IMG/VR virus record: IMGVR_UViG_3300006654_000661 | Coordinates: 2,206-66,205 of that record | Source of the DNA: a virus | Lineage: Duplodnaviria > Caudoviricetes | DNA length: 64,000 nt | Reading direction: 5' to 3' (one strand) | Part shown: one piece after another, positions 47,347 to 56,511 of the stretch | Layout of the letters: each line of letters opens with the position of its first letter | How positions within the stretch are numbered: the stretch's first letter is position 1 | Position numbers and translations under genes: made by a program | Notes under the pieces: model-generated | Databases searched by the model: none | What the model was told of the DNA's origin: nothing | Seen by the model: only the letters and a program-made list of their open reading frames with translations

Positions 47347-49089
47347 ATGAATTTCTTAACTGACTTAGTTCAAGGCTCAAAAGAGTGGCTAGAAGTTCGC
47401 AAGAACTACTTCACGGCTAGTGAAGCAGCAGCAATGCTTGGTTTAAGCAAATACACCTCTCGTAGCGATTTGCTTAAACAGAAAGCTACAGGCGTAACGC
47501 CAGAAGTTACGCCCTCTCAGCAACGCCTTTTCAATAAGGGGCACGCTACCGAAGAAGTGGCACGCCCTATTGCTGAAGCCTATATAGGTGAAGAGCTTTA
47601 CCCAGCAACTATCACAAACGAAATTGAAGGTTTAAAGCTTCTAGCTTCAATGGATGGCTTAACCATGATGGGTGATCGTGGCTGGGAATGCAAAATGTGG
47701 AATGCTGAGTTTGCCGAAATGGTTAAAAACGGAATCGTACCAGATACGCATTGGCCGCAACTTGAACAGCAGACGCTTGTAAGTGGTGCAGAAAAGATTC
47801 TATTCACGGTTACTGATGGCACCGAAGAAAAGCGCGAACAGGTATGGTACGAGTCAGTGCCAGAACGCCGCGCACAAGTCATTAACGGCTGGAAACAGTT
47901 TAAAGCCGACCTTAAAGCGTACGTTCTCACCGAATCTACAGAAAAGGTAGAAGCAGAGCCAGTACGTGAACTGCCAGCCATTAACTACAAAATGAATGGC
48001 TTAGCACTAGAGTCAAACCTAGAAGCGTACAAGCAAGCTGCCACTGACCTTGTAGCGCTATCTGAAAAGCCACTTGAATCAGACCAAGACTTTGCCGATG
48101 CCGAAGCGCGTCAAAAGGTTTTCACAAAAGCAGAGAAAGACATTAAGGACGCATGTGATCGCGTTATGGGTGAGATTGATTCAATCGATACCTTTGTAAA
48201 AGACATGCGCTTTATCTCTGAACAGATTCGCCAAGCGCGACTAGCTGAAGGTAAGCAAATTAAGGCGCGTAAAGAAGAGTTGCGCGAAGAGATTTTAAAC
48301 AAGGCTAATCAAGAAGCTTCAAAGGCGCTTAACGAGGCGATGGCAAAAGTTAATGCCAAGCTACCTAACATCGACTTTAACCCAGCCGGTGCCATGAAAG
48401 GCAAGCGCACTATTGAGTCATTGCAAGACGCAGCTGATACCGAAGTAGCGAAAGCAAAAATCCAAATCGCTGAGTTTGTCGAAGTAGCGCAAGCCAACAT
48501 GCTTGTTATTGCTGATAACCGCGAGTTCGATTTCCTATTTAACGACTGGGCCCAAATTGCTTTTAAAGCAACTGAGGACTTCAAAACATTGGTAACAGCT
48601 CGCATTGCGACTTACCAGGCTGACCAAAAAGCTAAAGAAGATGCAGAACGTGAACGCATTCGCCAAGAAGAACAAGCGAAGCTGCAACGTGAAGCTGAAG
48701 CGAAAGCGCGAGCAGAAGAACAAGCCAAGCGTGACGCAGAAGAAAAAGCCCGTTTTGATGCGGAAGAACAAGCAAGGCTGATGCAGGGCGATAGCAAGCG
48801 AACAAGCGAAGGCATGCAAGGGCAAAGCAAGCATGGTTCGGCAGGACAAATGCAAGATGGAGCAAAAATAAATGAGCCAAAAGAAGAAGTTCAGCCAGAA
48901 CAGAAAGCGGAGCCAGCGCCTAGCGTGGTTCGACAAGAGCAAAACCCAGTGCGCCACTATGGGCTAATGGAGCTTAACGCAATGGATCAGCTAGCAAAGC
49001 TAGTTGAGGAAGCAAACAAGCCTTACGCAAATGACCTACGCCAGTTCGTTGAGTTGGTTAAGGCTAACAACTTGAAGAAGGTGGCTTAG
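47347..49089 (+). CDS. YqaJ/lambda-exonuclease family protein with coiled-coil tail
   Basis: QGSKEWLEVR..TASEA, ASMDG, WECK, QLEQQ. Confidence 0.9.
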   Translation: MNFLTDLVQGSKEWLEVRKNYFTASEAAAMLGLSKYTSRSDLLKQKATGVTPEVTPSQQRLFNKGHATEEVARPIAEAYIGEELYPATITNEIEGLKLLASMDGLTMMGDRGWECKMWNAEFAEMVKNGIVPDTHWPQLEQQTLVSGAEKILFTVTDGTEEKREQVWYESVPERRAQVINGWKQFKADLKAYVLTESTEKVEAEPVRELPAINYKMNGLALESNLEAYKQAATDLVALSEKPLESDQDFADAEARQKVFTKAEKDIKDACDRVMGEIDSIDTFVKDMRFISEQIRQARLAEGKQIKARKEELREEILNKANQEASKALNEAMAKVNAKLPNIDFNPAGAMKGKRTIESLQDAADTEVAKAKIQIAEFVEVAQANMLVIADNREFDFLFNDWAQIAFKATEDFKTLVTARIATYQADQKAKEDAERERIRQEEQAKLQREAEAKARAEEQAKRDAEEKARFDAEEQARLMQGDSKRTSEGMQGQSKHGSAGQMQDGAKINEPKEEVQPEQKAEPAPSVVRQEQNPVRHYGLMELNAMDQLAKLVEEANKPYANDLRQFVELVKANNLKKVA

Positions 49090-49129
49090 GCCACCTCTGT
49101 AACTTTCTTACTAAAAGGTAATAAATATT

Positions 49130-49474
49130 ATGAGCGAATCAAAACAAACAAACGTTGACGATTTTGTAAGCGAGCTAGAAGCAGGCATTTTCAAAGAGCG
49201 TTTAGCCATGATGCTAACAGAGGCAGCGCTTGGCGCAGTAATGCACAACCGCAAAGGTAAGGTTAACGTTAGTTTTGACATTACCCGCGTCAATGAGTCA
49301 GGCCAAGTAATGATCAGCGCCAACTTGAAAAACACCAAGCCTACAAAGCGTGGCGCCATCACTGAAGAAGTGAAAAGCGATACGCCTATGTGGGTAGGTA
49401 AAGGCGGTGTTATCACCATCGAGCAACCAAAAGAAGAAATGAGCGGTCAATTCACTTTAATTCACAGCAAATAA
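49130..49474 (+). CDS. YfdP-like phage protein
   Basis: KPTKRG..EE..DTPMWVGKGG; usual partner of DUF2303. Confidence 0.7.
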   Translation: MSESKQTNVDDFVSELEAGIFKERLAMMLTEAALGAVMHNRKGKVNVSFDITRVNESGQVMISANLKNTKPTKRGAITEEVKSDTPMWVGKGGVITIEQPKEEMSGQFTLIHSK

Positions 49475-49483
49475 GGCAAAAAA

Positions 49484-50305
49484 ATGAGCATGGATAAATC
49501 AGCAATAGAAAAAATTCAGGAAAGCAATGCGCTTTCTATCGCACGCGAACAGCTAGACAAGCAAAAATTACCTGGCGTATTAGTGGCACCGGACAACACA
49601 AAGTTGGCAGACCTTGAACAGTTTATGCCGAATGCACGCCACTTCAAACTTAGATTTGACACAAAAGTTATCGGTGAGTTTGTTCGCTACGTTAGCCAGC
49701 ATGCAACAAAAGACAGTGGCATTTTTGTTGATGATGAAAATCTATCTGCAGGGTGCTGCGTTGATCTAGGCACAACTGATAAGCCTTTGCATAAATACCA
49801 TGGCGCAAATCTAAGGCTTAAAAAAACGGCTGCTTACTCTGCAATTCTTGGCAAGGTTGGATGCAAGCTAGGACAGAAAGAAGCGGCTGAATTTATCGAA
49901 GATTGGAAACATGAAATTGCAACCATTCTTACCAGCGAAGAAGGGGAAATGACAGTTGGCCAAGCTGCATCTTCAATGCGAAACCTATCGATTGAACAAG
50001 CACGCGAAACCAATTCAACAGTTAGTGACTTTGGTTACAGCGCCAGTGCGCAAGAGCGACTAGAAGCTAAAAACAAAGACCGCCTGCCTGCATTCATCAA
50101 ATTTTCCATAGCGCCGTATCATGGGCTTGGTGAGCGTGAAATTATCTTGCGAGTAGGTGTAATACCAAGTGGTGATGCACCAACCATCACGTTTCGAATT
50201 GTGGGTGATGAAGCGCTTAAAGAAGAGTTAGCATTCGAGTTCAAAGATATTCTTGAAGATAAGCTAATTAAGTGTGAAGCCCCAATTTACATCGGCACTA
50301 TCTAA
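49484..50305 (+). CDS. DUF2303 (YfdQ-like) protein
   Basis: QKEAAEFIEDW, PYHGL, IYIG C-terminus. Confidence 0.8.
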   Translation: MSMDKSAIEKIQESNALSIAREQLDKQKLPGVLVAPDNTKLADLEQFMPNARHFKLRFDTKVIGEFVRYVSQHATKDSGIFVDDENLSAGCCVDLGTTDKPLHKYHGANLRLKKTAAYSAILGKVGCKLGQKEAAEFIEDWKHEIATILTSEEGEMTVGQAASSMRNLSIEQARETNSTVSDFGYSASAQERLEAKNKDRLPAFIKFSIAPYHGLGEREIILRVGVIPSGDAPTITFRIVGDEALKEELAFEFKDILEDKLIKCEAPIYIGTI

Positions 50306-50348
50306 CCTGAAATGTAGGCAAGCCCCTTCGGGGGCTAAGGTTATCAAA

Positions 50349-50483
50349 ATGGAAAACCCAACCCCTGAAGATTGGCCAGATGAAAAGCGTATTGAACTTA
50401 TCGGGCACAATGGCCCAACTGGTGAACACTACTTTTGGGAATTGTATAACAAGCTAGTTGAAGCGGGAGTGTATGACGCATGA
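50349..50483 (+). CDS. Small phage protein
   Basis: Start re-called at 50349; RIELIGHNGPTGEHY motif. Confidence 0.55.
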   Translation: MENPTPEDWPDEKRIELIGHNGPTGEHYFWELYNKLVEAGVYDA

Positions 50484-50668
50484 CCACAATTTTAATAAAT
50501 GATAAGCCGGTGCGCTTTCATGCCACGTTAGTCACAAGAGTTCAGGCAATGGTAGAGCGAGGAATGACCGCCGAAGCTATAGCAACAAAGATAGCAAGGA
50601 ACGTAACCGTTACCGCTGAGCTAGTTTCTACTATTAAAGGTAATGCACAATTGGAGCAAGTAGCATGA
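50480..50668 (+). CDS. Small HTH-like hypothetical protein
   Basis: 62 aa, GMTAEAIATKI. Confidence 0.55.
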   Translation: MTTILINDKPVRFHATLVTRVQAMVERGMTAEAIATKIARNVTVTAELVSTIKGNAQLEQVA

Positions 50669-51267
50669 GTGATTTAGAAAAGTTATTTGAACATGCGCCG
50701 GAAGGGGCTACTGAGATAGCAGTATTTCCTGACGGTGAGCTAAGATACGCTACAGAGGGTAAAACTTGGTATGCTCCACGCTGGATAGCTCGACCTCATA
50801 AATGGCAAACCATAGCCACCCGCCCACAACCGGAACCACGCAAGACTGTGGAAGATGTTGTTGAGTGGGCAGAGAGGCGGTGGCGGGCAGGCGAAACTGC
50901 GATATGCGAACTTGATGGGGAATTGTATTTCGCTGATAACAATTTACGAATGCGAAATGTTATCTGCACCCGCGAACAATTCGAAGCCTGTGTTGCTAAT
51001 AATAAACCTGATTGGAGAAACAACATGAAAAATCCGCCTATGGGGAAGTACGTAATGGGCTTTTTTAAGTCCTCTGTGAAATCCATTCCTTACCATATTT
51101 GTGACTGCTACTTTGATGGAGAGTACTGGAAAACTATGGGTAATGACAGAGTAGAGGATTTTTATGGTTGTCCTCCGTATGCTTGGTCTGAGCTGGCACA
51201 ACCTCCAATCGAAAACGTAACTAAAGCCGAAGCTGAAAAACTGCTTGGCGTTAAAATCACAGATTAA
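50665..51267 (+). CDS. Mosaic hypothetical phage protein
   Basis: APEGAT N-terminus, ICTREQFE, DUF551-like C-terminal part. Confidence 0.65.
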   Translation: MSDLEKLFEHAPEGATEIAVFPDGELRYATEGKTWYAPRWIARPHKWQTIATRPQPEPRKTVEDVVEWAERRWRAGETAICELDGELYFADNNLRMRNVICTREQFEACVANNKPDWRNNMKNPPMGKYVMGFFKSSVKSIPYHICDCYFDGEYWKTMGNDRVEDFYGCPPYAWSELAQPPIENVTKAEAEKLLGVKITD

Positions 51268-51278
51268 CAATTTCAATC

Positions 51279-51478
51279 CTACTGTTACTCGCTCAATTGC
51301 TATTTGTCTTTTGACCCACACGCATCAAGAGGTTGCGCAAGCACAACGAAATAGCGAGAGTCACGGCAAGAGTAGACTACTACGAAAGTGACAAATTAGG
51401 TGACGAGTGATGCGTGTCCTCGGTGTACTAACGTAAGCTTAGTTTTAGTTATTGGTTCGACTCCTTTACAGTAGACCA
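51279..51478 (+). ncRNA. tRNA-like RNA 1 (200 nt, enlarged D-domain)
   Basis: Acceptor CTACTGT/ACAGTAG plus A-CCA; GGTTCGACTCC T-loop (stem imperfect); 5-bp/7-nt anticodon-like arm at 51427-51443. Confidence 0.6.
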
Positions 51479-51486
51479 ATTTCAAT

Positions 51487-51623
51487 CCACGTTTTGCAGA
51501 CGCTTTTAGTTGTAAACCTGTGCTGAATCATGAATAAGTCAGGTCAGCTACTAATACGTAGGTGCAACATGCCAATAGCGCTAACGGCGAATATGCGAGG
51601 TTCGACTCCTCGGGCGTGGTCCA
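51487..51623 (+). ncRNA. tRNA-like RNA 2 (137 nt, enlarged D-domain)
   Basis: Acceptor CCACGTT/GGCGTGG plus T-CCA; perfect T arm CGAGG-TTCGACT-CCTCG. Confidence 0.65.
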
Positions 51624-51681
51624 TTTTTAATGAGAATCAGTTATGAATTCTTTATAAACTACCTATTAAAAAGGAATAATT

Positions 51682-52071
51682 ATGACCAGTCCTGTTACCG
51701 GTATTGAAGGTCTTCGTGTACTTACTGAAACTACATTTGATGGTTTCCCTGATTCCACTATTCAAAAGTGGATTGAAGAAGCTGTAAAGCAGTATGACGA
51801 CCTTAAGCAAGATAAGCAGGAGTTGATTGAGCGTGTTAAAGAGTTGGAGCATGGCAACAGAGCTTGTGCCGTAGCAATAAGAGATATGGTATCAAGAGGT
51901 GATATAAAACCACTGATGGTAGGTAATGAAGCGCTCGATGAAATAGTAAACAAATTCGCCATAGATAAGAAGATTGAAGCTCTGGAAGAGTGCGTCGGAG
52001 TTTGCGGCTTCCTGTCTTGCGAAGACTCACTTAAGGCTCGAATAAAACAACTACGCCATGAGGGTGAGTGA
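51682..52071 (+). CDS. Hypothetical coiled-coil protein
   Basis: 129 aa with AAGGA RBS. Confidence 0.6.
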   Translation: MTSPVTGIEGLRVLTETTFDGFPDSTIQKWIEEAVKQYDDLKQDKQELIERVKELEHGNRACAVAIRDMVSRGDIKPLMVGNEALDEIVNKFAIDKKIEALEECVGVCGFLSCEDSLKARIKQLRHEGE

Positions 52072-52265
52072 TGGGTTACTGCGCCGTAAAATACAAAGAA
52101 CTTCCTGAGGTGTGTAAGTCTTGCGAGTTTCGTGATTCTGATTCAGATAATTATGAATATGGTGGCACTTATTGGTATTACTGCACCAAAGGTCTTTATC
52201 TACCGACGAAGAAAAACTCATGCAAGGTTAAAAATAGGTTGCTACGCAAAGGGGGTGAGTCGTGA
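52068..52265 (+). CDS. Small Cys-rich protein
   Basis: CKSCEF...YYC...SC. Confidence 0.55.
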   Translation: MMGYCAVKYKELPEVCKSCEFRDSDSDNYEYGGTYWYYCTKGLYLPTKKNSCKVKNRLLRKGGES

Positions 52266-52759
52266 AACGCAAAGCTAACACACCAATAAAGCGCAAGCTA
52301 ATGATTGCACGCACCGCGCTTAAAAACCTTTGTATAGCCATGGTGCTTGGCGAATCAAAGCATTGCACGGTGATGAATTATAAATCTTGCAACGAAATTA
52401 CGGTATCTCGACAAGTAGCAGATCTTATAGCCGGTCTACCATGGAAATGGCAAATCGAATGTTCAGTAGTTTGCCGTGATCAGCAGGGTAAAGAATACGT
52501 AGTAAGCGAAACCGTTCACTGTGAATCAGCTTACCGCCAGTCGGACCCACGGCTAAATGATTTTTTAAATGTTCACTACAAAGCGTTTTTAGAAAAACAA
52601 AACCCGCTACACGTTATTACTCTTGCATGGGTAGCAGTGCCAGTAATTGGAAATGAAGTGGAGTTGGAAATAGAAACGCTAGATAAGATTTATACCAAGC
52701 TAGGTGCGTATGAATTTTTATCTACCTGGGAAAATAATAAGTTGGAGGCGGCAGCGTGA
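52262..52759 (+). CDS. Hypothetical phage protein
   Basis: 165 aa coupled ORF. Confidence 0.65.
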   Translation: MKRKANTPIKRKLMIARTALKNLCIAMVLGESKHCTVMNYKSCNEITVSRQVADLIAGLPWKWQIECSVVCRDQQGKEYVVSETVHCESAYRQSDPRLNDFLNVHYKAFLEKQNPLHVITLAWVAVPVIGNEVELEIETLDKIYTKLGAYEFLSTWENNKLEAAA

Positions 52760-53019
52760 GTGAGTCTGTTTTAGTTCATCACCAAAGCTTCAAATGCCGC
52801 CATAACAGATACATAGTTGACCCAAGATTAAGTGCTGTTGAGTGCGGTATATGTGGCGAAAAGCTCAATCCGATGTGGGTTTTAGAGCAGCTTTGCGGTA
52901 GAGAAAATAGAGCGGCAGATAGGCTTGAATTCCTTAAAAAAGAAGCGGAAAAAGCCATAAACAAAAATCGCTGCAAGTGCGAAAAGTGTGGCGAGATGAC
53001 ACGAATTCAAAGGAGTTAA
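52756..53019 (+). CDS. Zinc-finger phage protein
   Basis: CRH..VECGICGEKLNPMWVL..CEKCGEMTRI. Confidence 0.7.
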   Translation: MSESVLVHHQSFKCRHNRYIVDPRLSAVECGICGEKLNPMWVLEQLCGRENRAADRLEFLKKEAEKAINKNRCKCEKCGEMTRIQRS

Positions 53020-53022
53020 TCA

Positions 53023-53235
53023 ATGACTAACCAAGAGATTCTATCGAATGGGCCTGAAGGTTGGACGCATTATTGTATAAGTGGGTTTTATTGGAGGCTT
53101 TTAGGCTTTGGTAAAATTTGGCATTGGAATGAAAATAAATCAGAGTGGAAGCCTGCAGGAAGTCTCAGTATAACCCGCTCGCGCTCTGACATTGAGCGAA
53201 TCGTTTATCTTGAGAGTGTTTTGAAGGGGGATTGA
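53023..53235 (+). CDS. Hypothetical protein
   Basis: 70 aa, PEGWTHY motif. Confidence 0.6.
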   Translation: MTNQEILSNGPEGWTHYCISGFYWRLLGFGKIWHWNENKSEWKPAGSLSITRSRSDIERIVYLESVLKGD

Positions 53236-53433
53236 GTGATGAACATAGTGCCTTTAAAAGCATATTGCGCAATTAGCCATGAAACCAAAGCTGCTGTGGA
53301 AGCGAGAATCGAACGCGGAATTTGGATTGAAGGTGTACACTATTACAAAATAAACAAAGTTCGCGAACGATGGATCGACATTAAGGCGGTGGAAGAATGG
53401 GCGAGAAACGGAGGAAGCTGCCGCGCGGCGTAA
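53236..53433 (+). CDS. xis: Excisionase
   Basis: RIERGIWIEGVHYYK..RWIDIKAVEEW, overlapping int. Confidence 0.85.
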   Translation: MMNIVPLKAYCAISHETKAAVEARIERGIWIEGVHYYKINKVRERWIDIKAVEEWARNGGSCRAA

Positions 53434-54614
53434 GCATAAAGCAAAACCGTGCCAGCGAATCATTGCAGGTAGCGTTCACCTATAAAGGTGTTCGCTGCCG
53501 TGAGGTGTTGCGGATTGAACCCACAACAAGAAACATAAAATATGCCGACAACCTACTAGGCGAAATCCAAAACGCCATTGAGAGAAAAACATTTCAATAC
53601 GCGGATTACTTCCCAAATTCTGCCAAGCTAAGAATATTCGGGCGGCAAGTTGATCGCACTAAAACCGTTATTGATTATTTAGACGAGTATCAAAACGCCG
53701 CAAAATTACGCGGCCTATCTCCTTCTACACTTGAAGGGTATCGTAAGCTTAAAAAATCATTATCTGAATTGCATGATGTACCCGTTACCGAACTAACCCC
53801 CGCACTATTAAAGGATTTTGTTAGGCGATCAGGTAATTCACCCAAGACGTTGCGCAACAAATTTAGCTATCTACGAAGCGCATTAGCTGAAGCGCTCACT
53901 GATGGGTTAGTAGAGATAAACCCAATTGATACTATTAAGCTATCCAACTACGTGGCCAAAGATAACAAGGTTAGCTTGGATGGCGATCACAATGATATTG
54001 ATCCATTTACGCCAAGTGAAGTTGAGTCAATTCTTAACCACGCTCGCCAAGATGAAATTAATATAGTGAAGTTTGTGTTTAATACTGGGATGCGGCCTAG
54101 TGAGTGGTCAGCGTTAAGGTGGAATGATATTGATTTTATCAATAACCTGGTAGTCGTTAAGGTAGCGATTGTTCACCATCAAATGAAAGGCACAAAAACC
54201 AATGCAGGCAAACGGGCCATTCCATTAAATGATGAAGCGCTTGAGGCGTTAAATGCGCAAAAGGCATTATCATTTGTTGGTGGTGAATTTGTGTTCCCTC
54301 AAAAAGTAGGGATGCCGGTTCAACTCCCTAACGGGGAAATGAATCGGATCAACCCCGACTCATTCAGGAAGCATAAATGGTCGCGGATCTTAAAATCTGC
54401 GGGGGTTCGTTATCGTTATCCTTATCAGATGCGACACACGTTTGCGACCAGACACATAAGCCAAGGTGTTAACTTGTGGCAATTGGCAAATTGGATGGGG
54501 CACGCTTCGCCAGAAATGCTATTTAGGCATTACGGTAAATTTATCGAAGATTACGAAAAAACAAAGCAAAATGACACGCAAATGACACGCGACATAGGAT
54601 CGAAAATAAAATAA
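53397..54614 (+). CDS. int: Tyrosine integrase (prophage)
   Basis: Arm-binding N-terminus, TGMRPSE, YQMRHT, MGH..HY; adjacent to att. Confidence 0.95.
   Translation: MGEKRRKLPRGVSIKQNRASESLQVAFTYKGVRCREVLRIEPTTRNIKYADNLLGEIQNAIERKTFQYADYFPNSAKLRIFGRQVDRTKTVIDYLDEYQNAAKLRGLSPSTLEGYRKLKKSLSELHDVPVTELTPALLKDFVRRSGNSPKTLRNKFSYLRSALAEALTDGLVEINPIDTIKLSNYVAKDNKVSLDGDHNDIDPFTPSEVESILNHARQDEINIVKFVFNTGMRPSEWSALRWNDIDFINNLVVVKVAIVHHQMKGTKTNAGKRAIPLNDEALEALNAQKALSFVGGEFVFPQKVGMPVQLPNGEMNRINPDSFRKHKWSRILKSAGVRYRYPYQMRHTFATRHISQGVNLWQLANWMGHASPEMLFRHYGKFIEDYEKTKQNDTQMTRDIGSKIK
54569..54590 (+). repeat. Putative integrase arm-type sites
   Basis: AAATGACACGC x2 in tandem, about 55 bp before the att core. 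Confidence 0.55.
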
Positions 54615-54644
54615 CCAACAATATCAACGTATTATAAAAATAAA

Positions 54645-54679
54645 GACGCGGGTTCAAATCCCGCCAGCTCCACCAATTC
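54645..54679 (+). repeat. att site: duplicated tmRNA 3' end (prophage attR / satellite attL)
   Basis: GACGCGGGTTCAAATCCCGCCAGCTCCACCA matches the conserved gammaproteobacterial ssrA 3' end. Confidence 0.9.
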
Positions 54680-54842
54680 CAGATGCGGTCTAGAACCTTC
54701 TAGACCGCTCTATCCCTCTAATAACGCTGCTTCCAGCGAATCATCACTTTCTACTAATTCGGTCTCTCAGGGTCTAAATAGGGCTCAAAAGTGTCGTGAA
54801 TCTGTACTCGACTGTCGCGAGACTGTCACCTGCCCTAATGAA

Positions 54843-56480
54843 TTGACAAGTGGTATTGGTACACGTGAATGTCACCTTTTTCGCAAAAAAATATTCGATT
54901 TCATATCCCCTCTTGCTTATGACGCTGCGCATAAGTACCTCAAGCTTTCTAAACAACATGACTATGTACAAGCCAACCGCTTCCTTTCCAGCCTAAATAA
55001 ACACCTTCACTTAGCAGATCTAAACCTAACTTCTGACATCAAAGAACTCAAAGCCTTTGCTAAATCGAAAGCTATGGAATGCTTGCGCGATACCGCCGAT
55101 TTAAGTGAAGCCCACGCACTCTGTCTATGCAAAGCCAAACTACTTAAATACAACATCAGTCTTCCTGACGACATTTCAGCCACTGAGGGCATTATTCAAG
55201 CGCGTTCAGAGAAATTTTGGTTCAACAAGCTGAAACGAATTGCCAGCCAAAAAGTAGAAGAAATACGTCGACAGTTAGATTTAGTGAATCAGAAAAAAAG
55301 TGCTTATTGCAGTAGTGACCGATTGCGCCAATTTAAGTGGGAAAAAGAGCAAGCCCTTGAGTTTATGAAATCTAAATGGTTCTGCAGTGCTGATGGTGAG
55401 TTTATTTCTATGCTGGATGCTTATCAGGCAAACGTATCTAATCCTGAAGTAAGAAGAGCCGAATTGATGGTTCGAATAAAGGGAACGGAAGAGTATTCTA
55501 AACTGCTAAACCATGTGGGGTGCTTTTATACCATCACCACACCATCCAAGTTCCATTCACACTACCAATCGGGTAAGCCGAACCCTAAATATTTAAATTA
55601 TTCTGTTAAAGATGCTAATGAGTATCTTAATGCCCAATGGCGCAAAGCTAGAGCACAGTTCCATCGCGAAGGAATAGAAGTGTTCGGCTTGCGTGTTGTT
55701 GAGCCACACCATGACGGCACACCACATTGGCATTTATTGCTATTCACACCGCCAGAACAGTTGGCACGTGTAACAAGCATTTTAAGGCATTATGCAATGG
55801 AAGATGATGCCGACGAATCCGGCGCGGACAAAAATAGATTCAAAGCAGAGCCAATAGATCCTGAAAAGGGTTCAGCGCAAGACTATATCGCTAAATACAT
55901 TTGTAAAAATATTGATGGTGAATTTCTAGATACCGACAACTACGGCAACGATGCGAAACAGTCTGCATCAAAAATCACTGCTTGGGCATCACTATACAAT
56001 ATAAGGCAGTTTCAATTTTTAGGGCTGCCTTCGGTTACGTTATGGCGACAGTTAAGAAAGTTAGAATTAGAAAGTAGTGACACACCATTAGGAAAGCTTC
56101 AAAAAGCGGCAGATGAATCTGATTGGCTTTCTTATTTAATAATGATGGGTGGCGCAAACGTGAAGCGTATAGAACGCCCTTTCTCCCTCGAGTATGAAAA
56201 TCAAATTAAAACGCAGTATCAACATTGTGAATTAAGCACCCTTTCAAAACACGCTTACAACCAAAAGCCAAAACACATCCGTTTCACTGAAGGCACATAC
56301 GCTATACCAGATAAAAACTGGCAGCTCTTTTCGTCACCCGCTGAACGAGTTGACAGCCCGCCCTCCCAACGGGAAGGACGGGCTGTCGACGAAGGCTCAG
56401 GGGGTAGCCGAAGGCGACTGGGGATTTCCCGTGAGGGGAAAGCCCCAAAAGCCGAAGGCATCTTGGACTTGTGTAAATAA
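54843..56480 (+). CDS. Rolling-circle replication endonuclease, P2 gpA family
   Basis: TITTPSKFH, RVVEPHHDGTPHWH (HUH), YIAKYICKNIDG, IRQFQF; start codon uncertain. Confidence 0.92.
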   Translation: MTSGIGTRECHLFRKKIFDFISPLAYDAAHKYLKLSKQHDYVQANRFLSSLNKHLHLADLNLTSDIKELKAFAKSKAMECLRDTADLSEAHALCLCKAKLLKYNISLPDDISATEGIIQARSEKFWFNKLKRIASQKVEEIRRQLDLVNQKKSAYCSSDRLRQFKWEKEQALEFMKSKWFCSADGEFISMLDAYQANVSNPEVRRAELMVRIKGTEEYSKLLNHVGCFYTITTPSKFHSHYQSGKPNPKYLNYSVKDANEYLNAQWRKARAQFHREGIEVFGLRVVEPHHDGTPHWHLLLFTPPEQLARVTSILRHYAMEDDADESGADKNRFKAEPIDPEKGSAQDYIAKYICKNIDGEFLDTDNYGNDAKQSASKITAWASLYNIRQFQFLGLPSVTLWRQLRKLELESSDTPLGKLQKAADESDWLSYLIMMGGANVKRIERPFSLEYENQIKTQYQHCELSTLSKHAYNQKPKHIRFTEGTYAIPDKNWQLFSSPAERVDSPPSQREGRAVDEGSGGSRRRLGISREGKAPKAEGILDLCK

Positions 56481-56486
56481 CTGTAC
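56458..56486 (+). promoter_or_regulatory. P2-like rolling-circle origin (nick site)
   Basis: GCATCTTGGACTTGTGTAAATAACTGTAC resembles P2 ori GCGCCTCGGAGTCCTGTCAATAACTGT (recalled); preceded by GC hairpins. Confidence 0.65.
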
Positions 56487-56511
56487 TGAACAAAACAAAC
56501 TAGAGACAAAT

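Larger units (their letters stand above)
1..54675. mobile_element. Temperate prophage (lambdoid regulation, podovirus-type virion) integrated at the tmRNA 3' end; left boundary outside window
   Basis: Contiguous terminase/portal/capsid/tail, lysis, O-like replication, cro/cI, Bet/YqaJ and xis/int genes ending at an ssrA 3'-end repeat. Confidence 0.95.

Noticed and set aside
48535-48957. Hydrophobic minus-strand ORFs opposite the exonuclease tail
   Set aside because: Antisense artefacts of the E/A/K/R-rich coiled-coil coding sequence
51279-51623. Canonical tRNA genes or group I intron-containing tRNAs
   Set aside because: No D arm, no U33-type anticodon loop, and inserts are too short and misplaced for a group I intron; kept as tRNA-like ncRNA candidates
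54645-54675. Complete tRNA or tmRNA gene (also at 60586-60612)
   Set aside because: Only the T arm and 3' acceptor strand are present; upstream sequence is AT-rich element DNA, so these are att duplications
56350-56511. N-terminal extension of the SEC-C ORF as an independent start
   Set aside because: TTG inside rep with no clear RBS; ATG at 56512 places the SEC-C motif at the N-terminus
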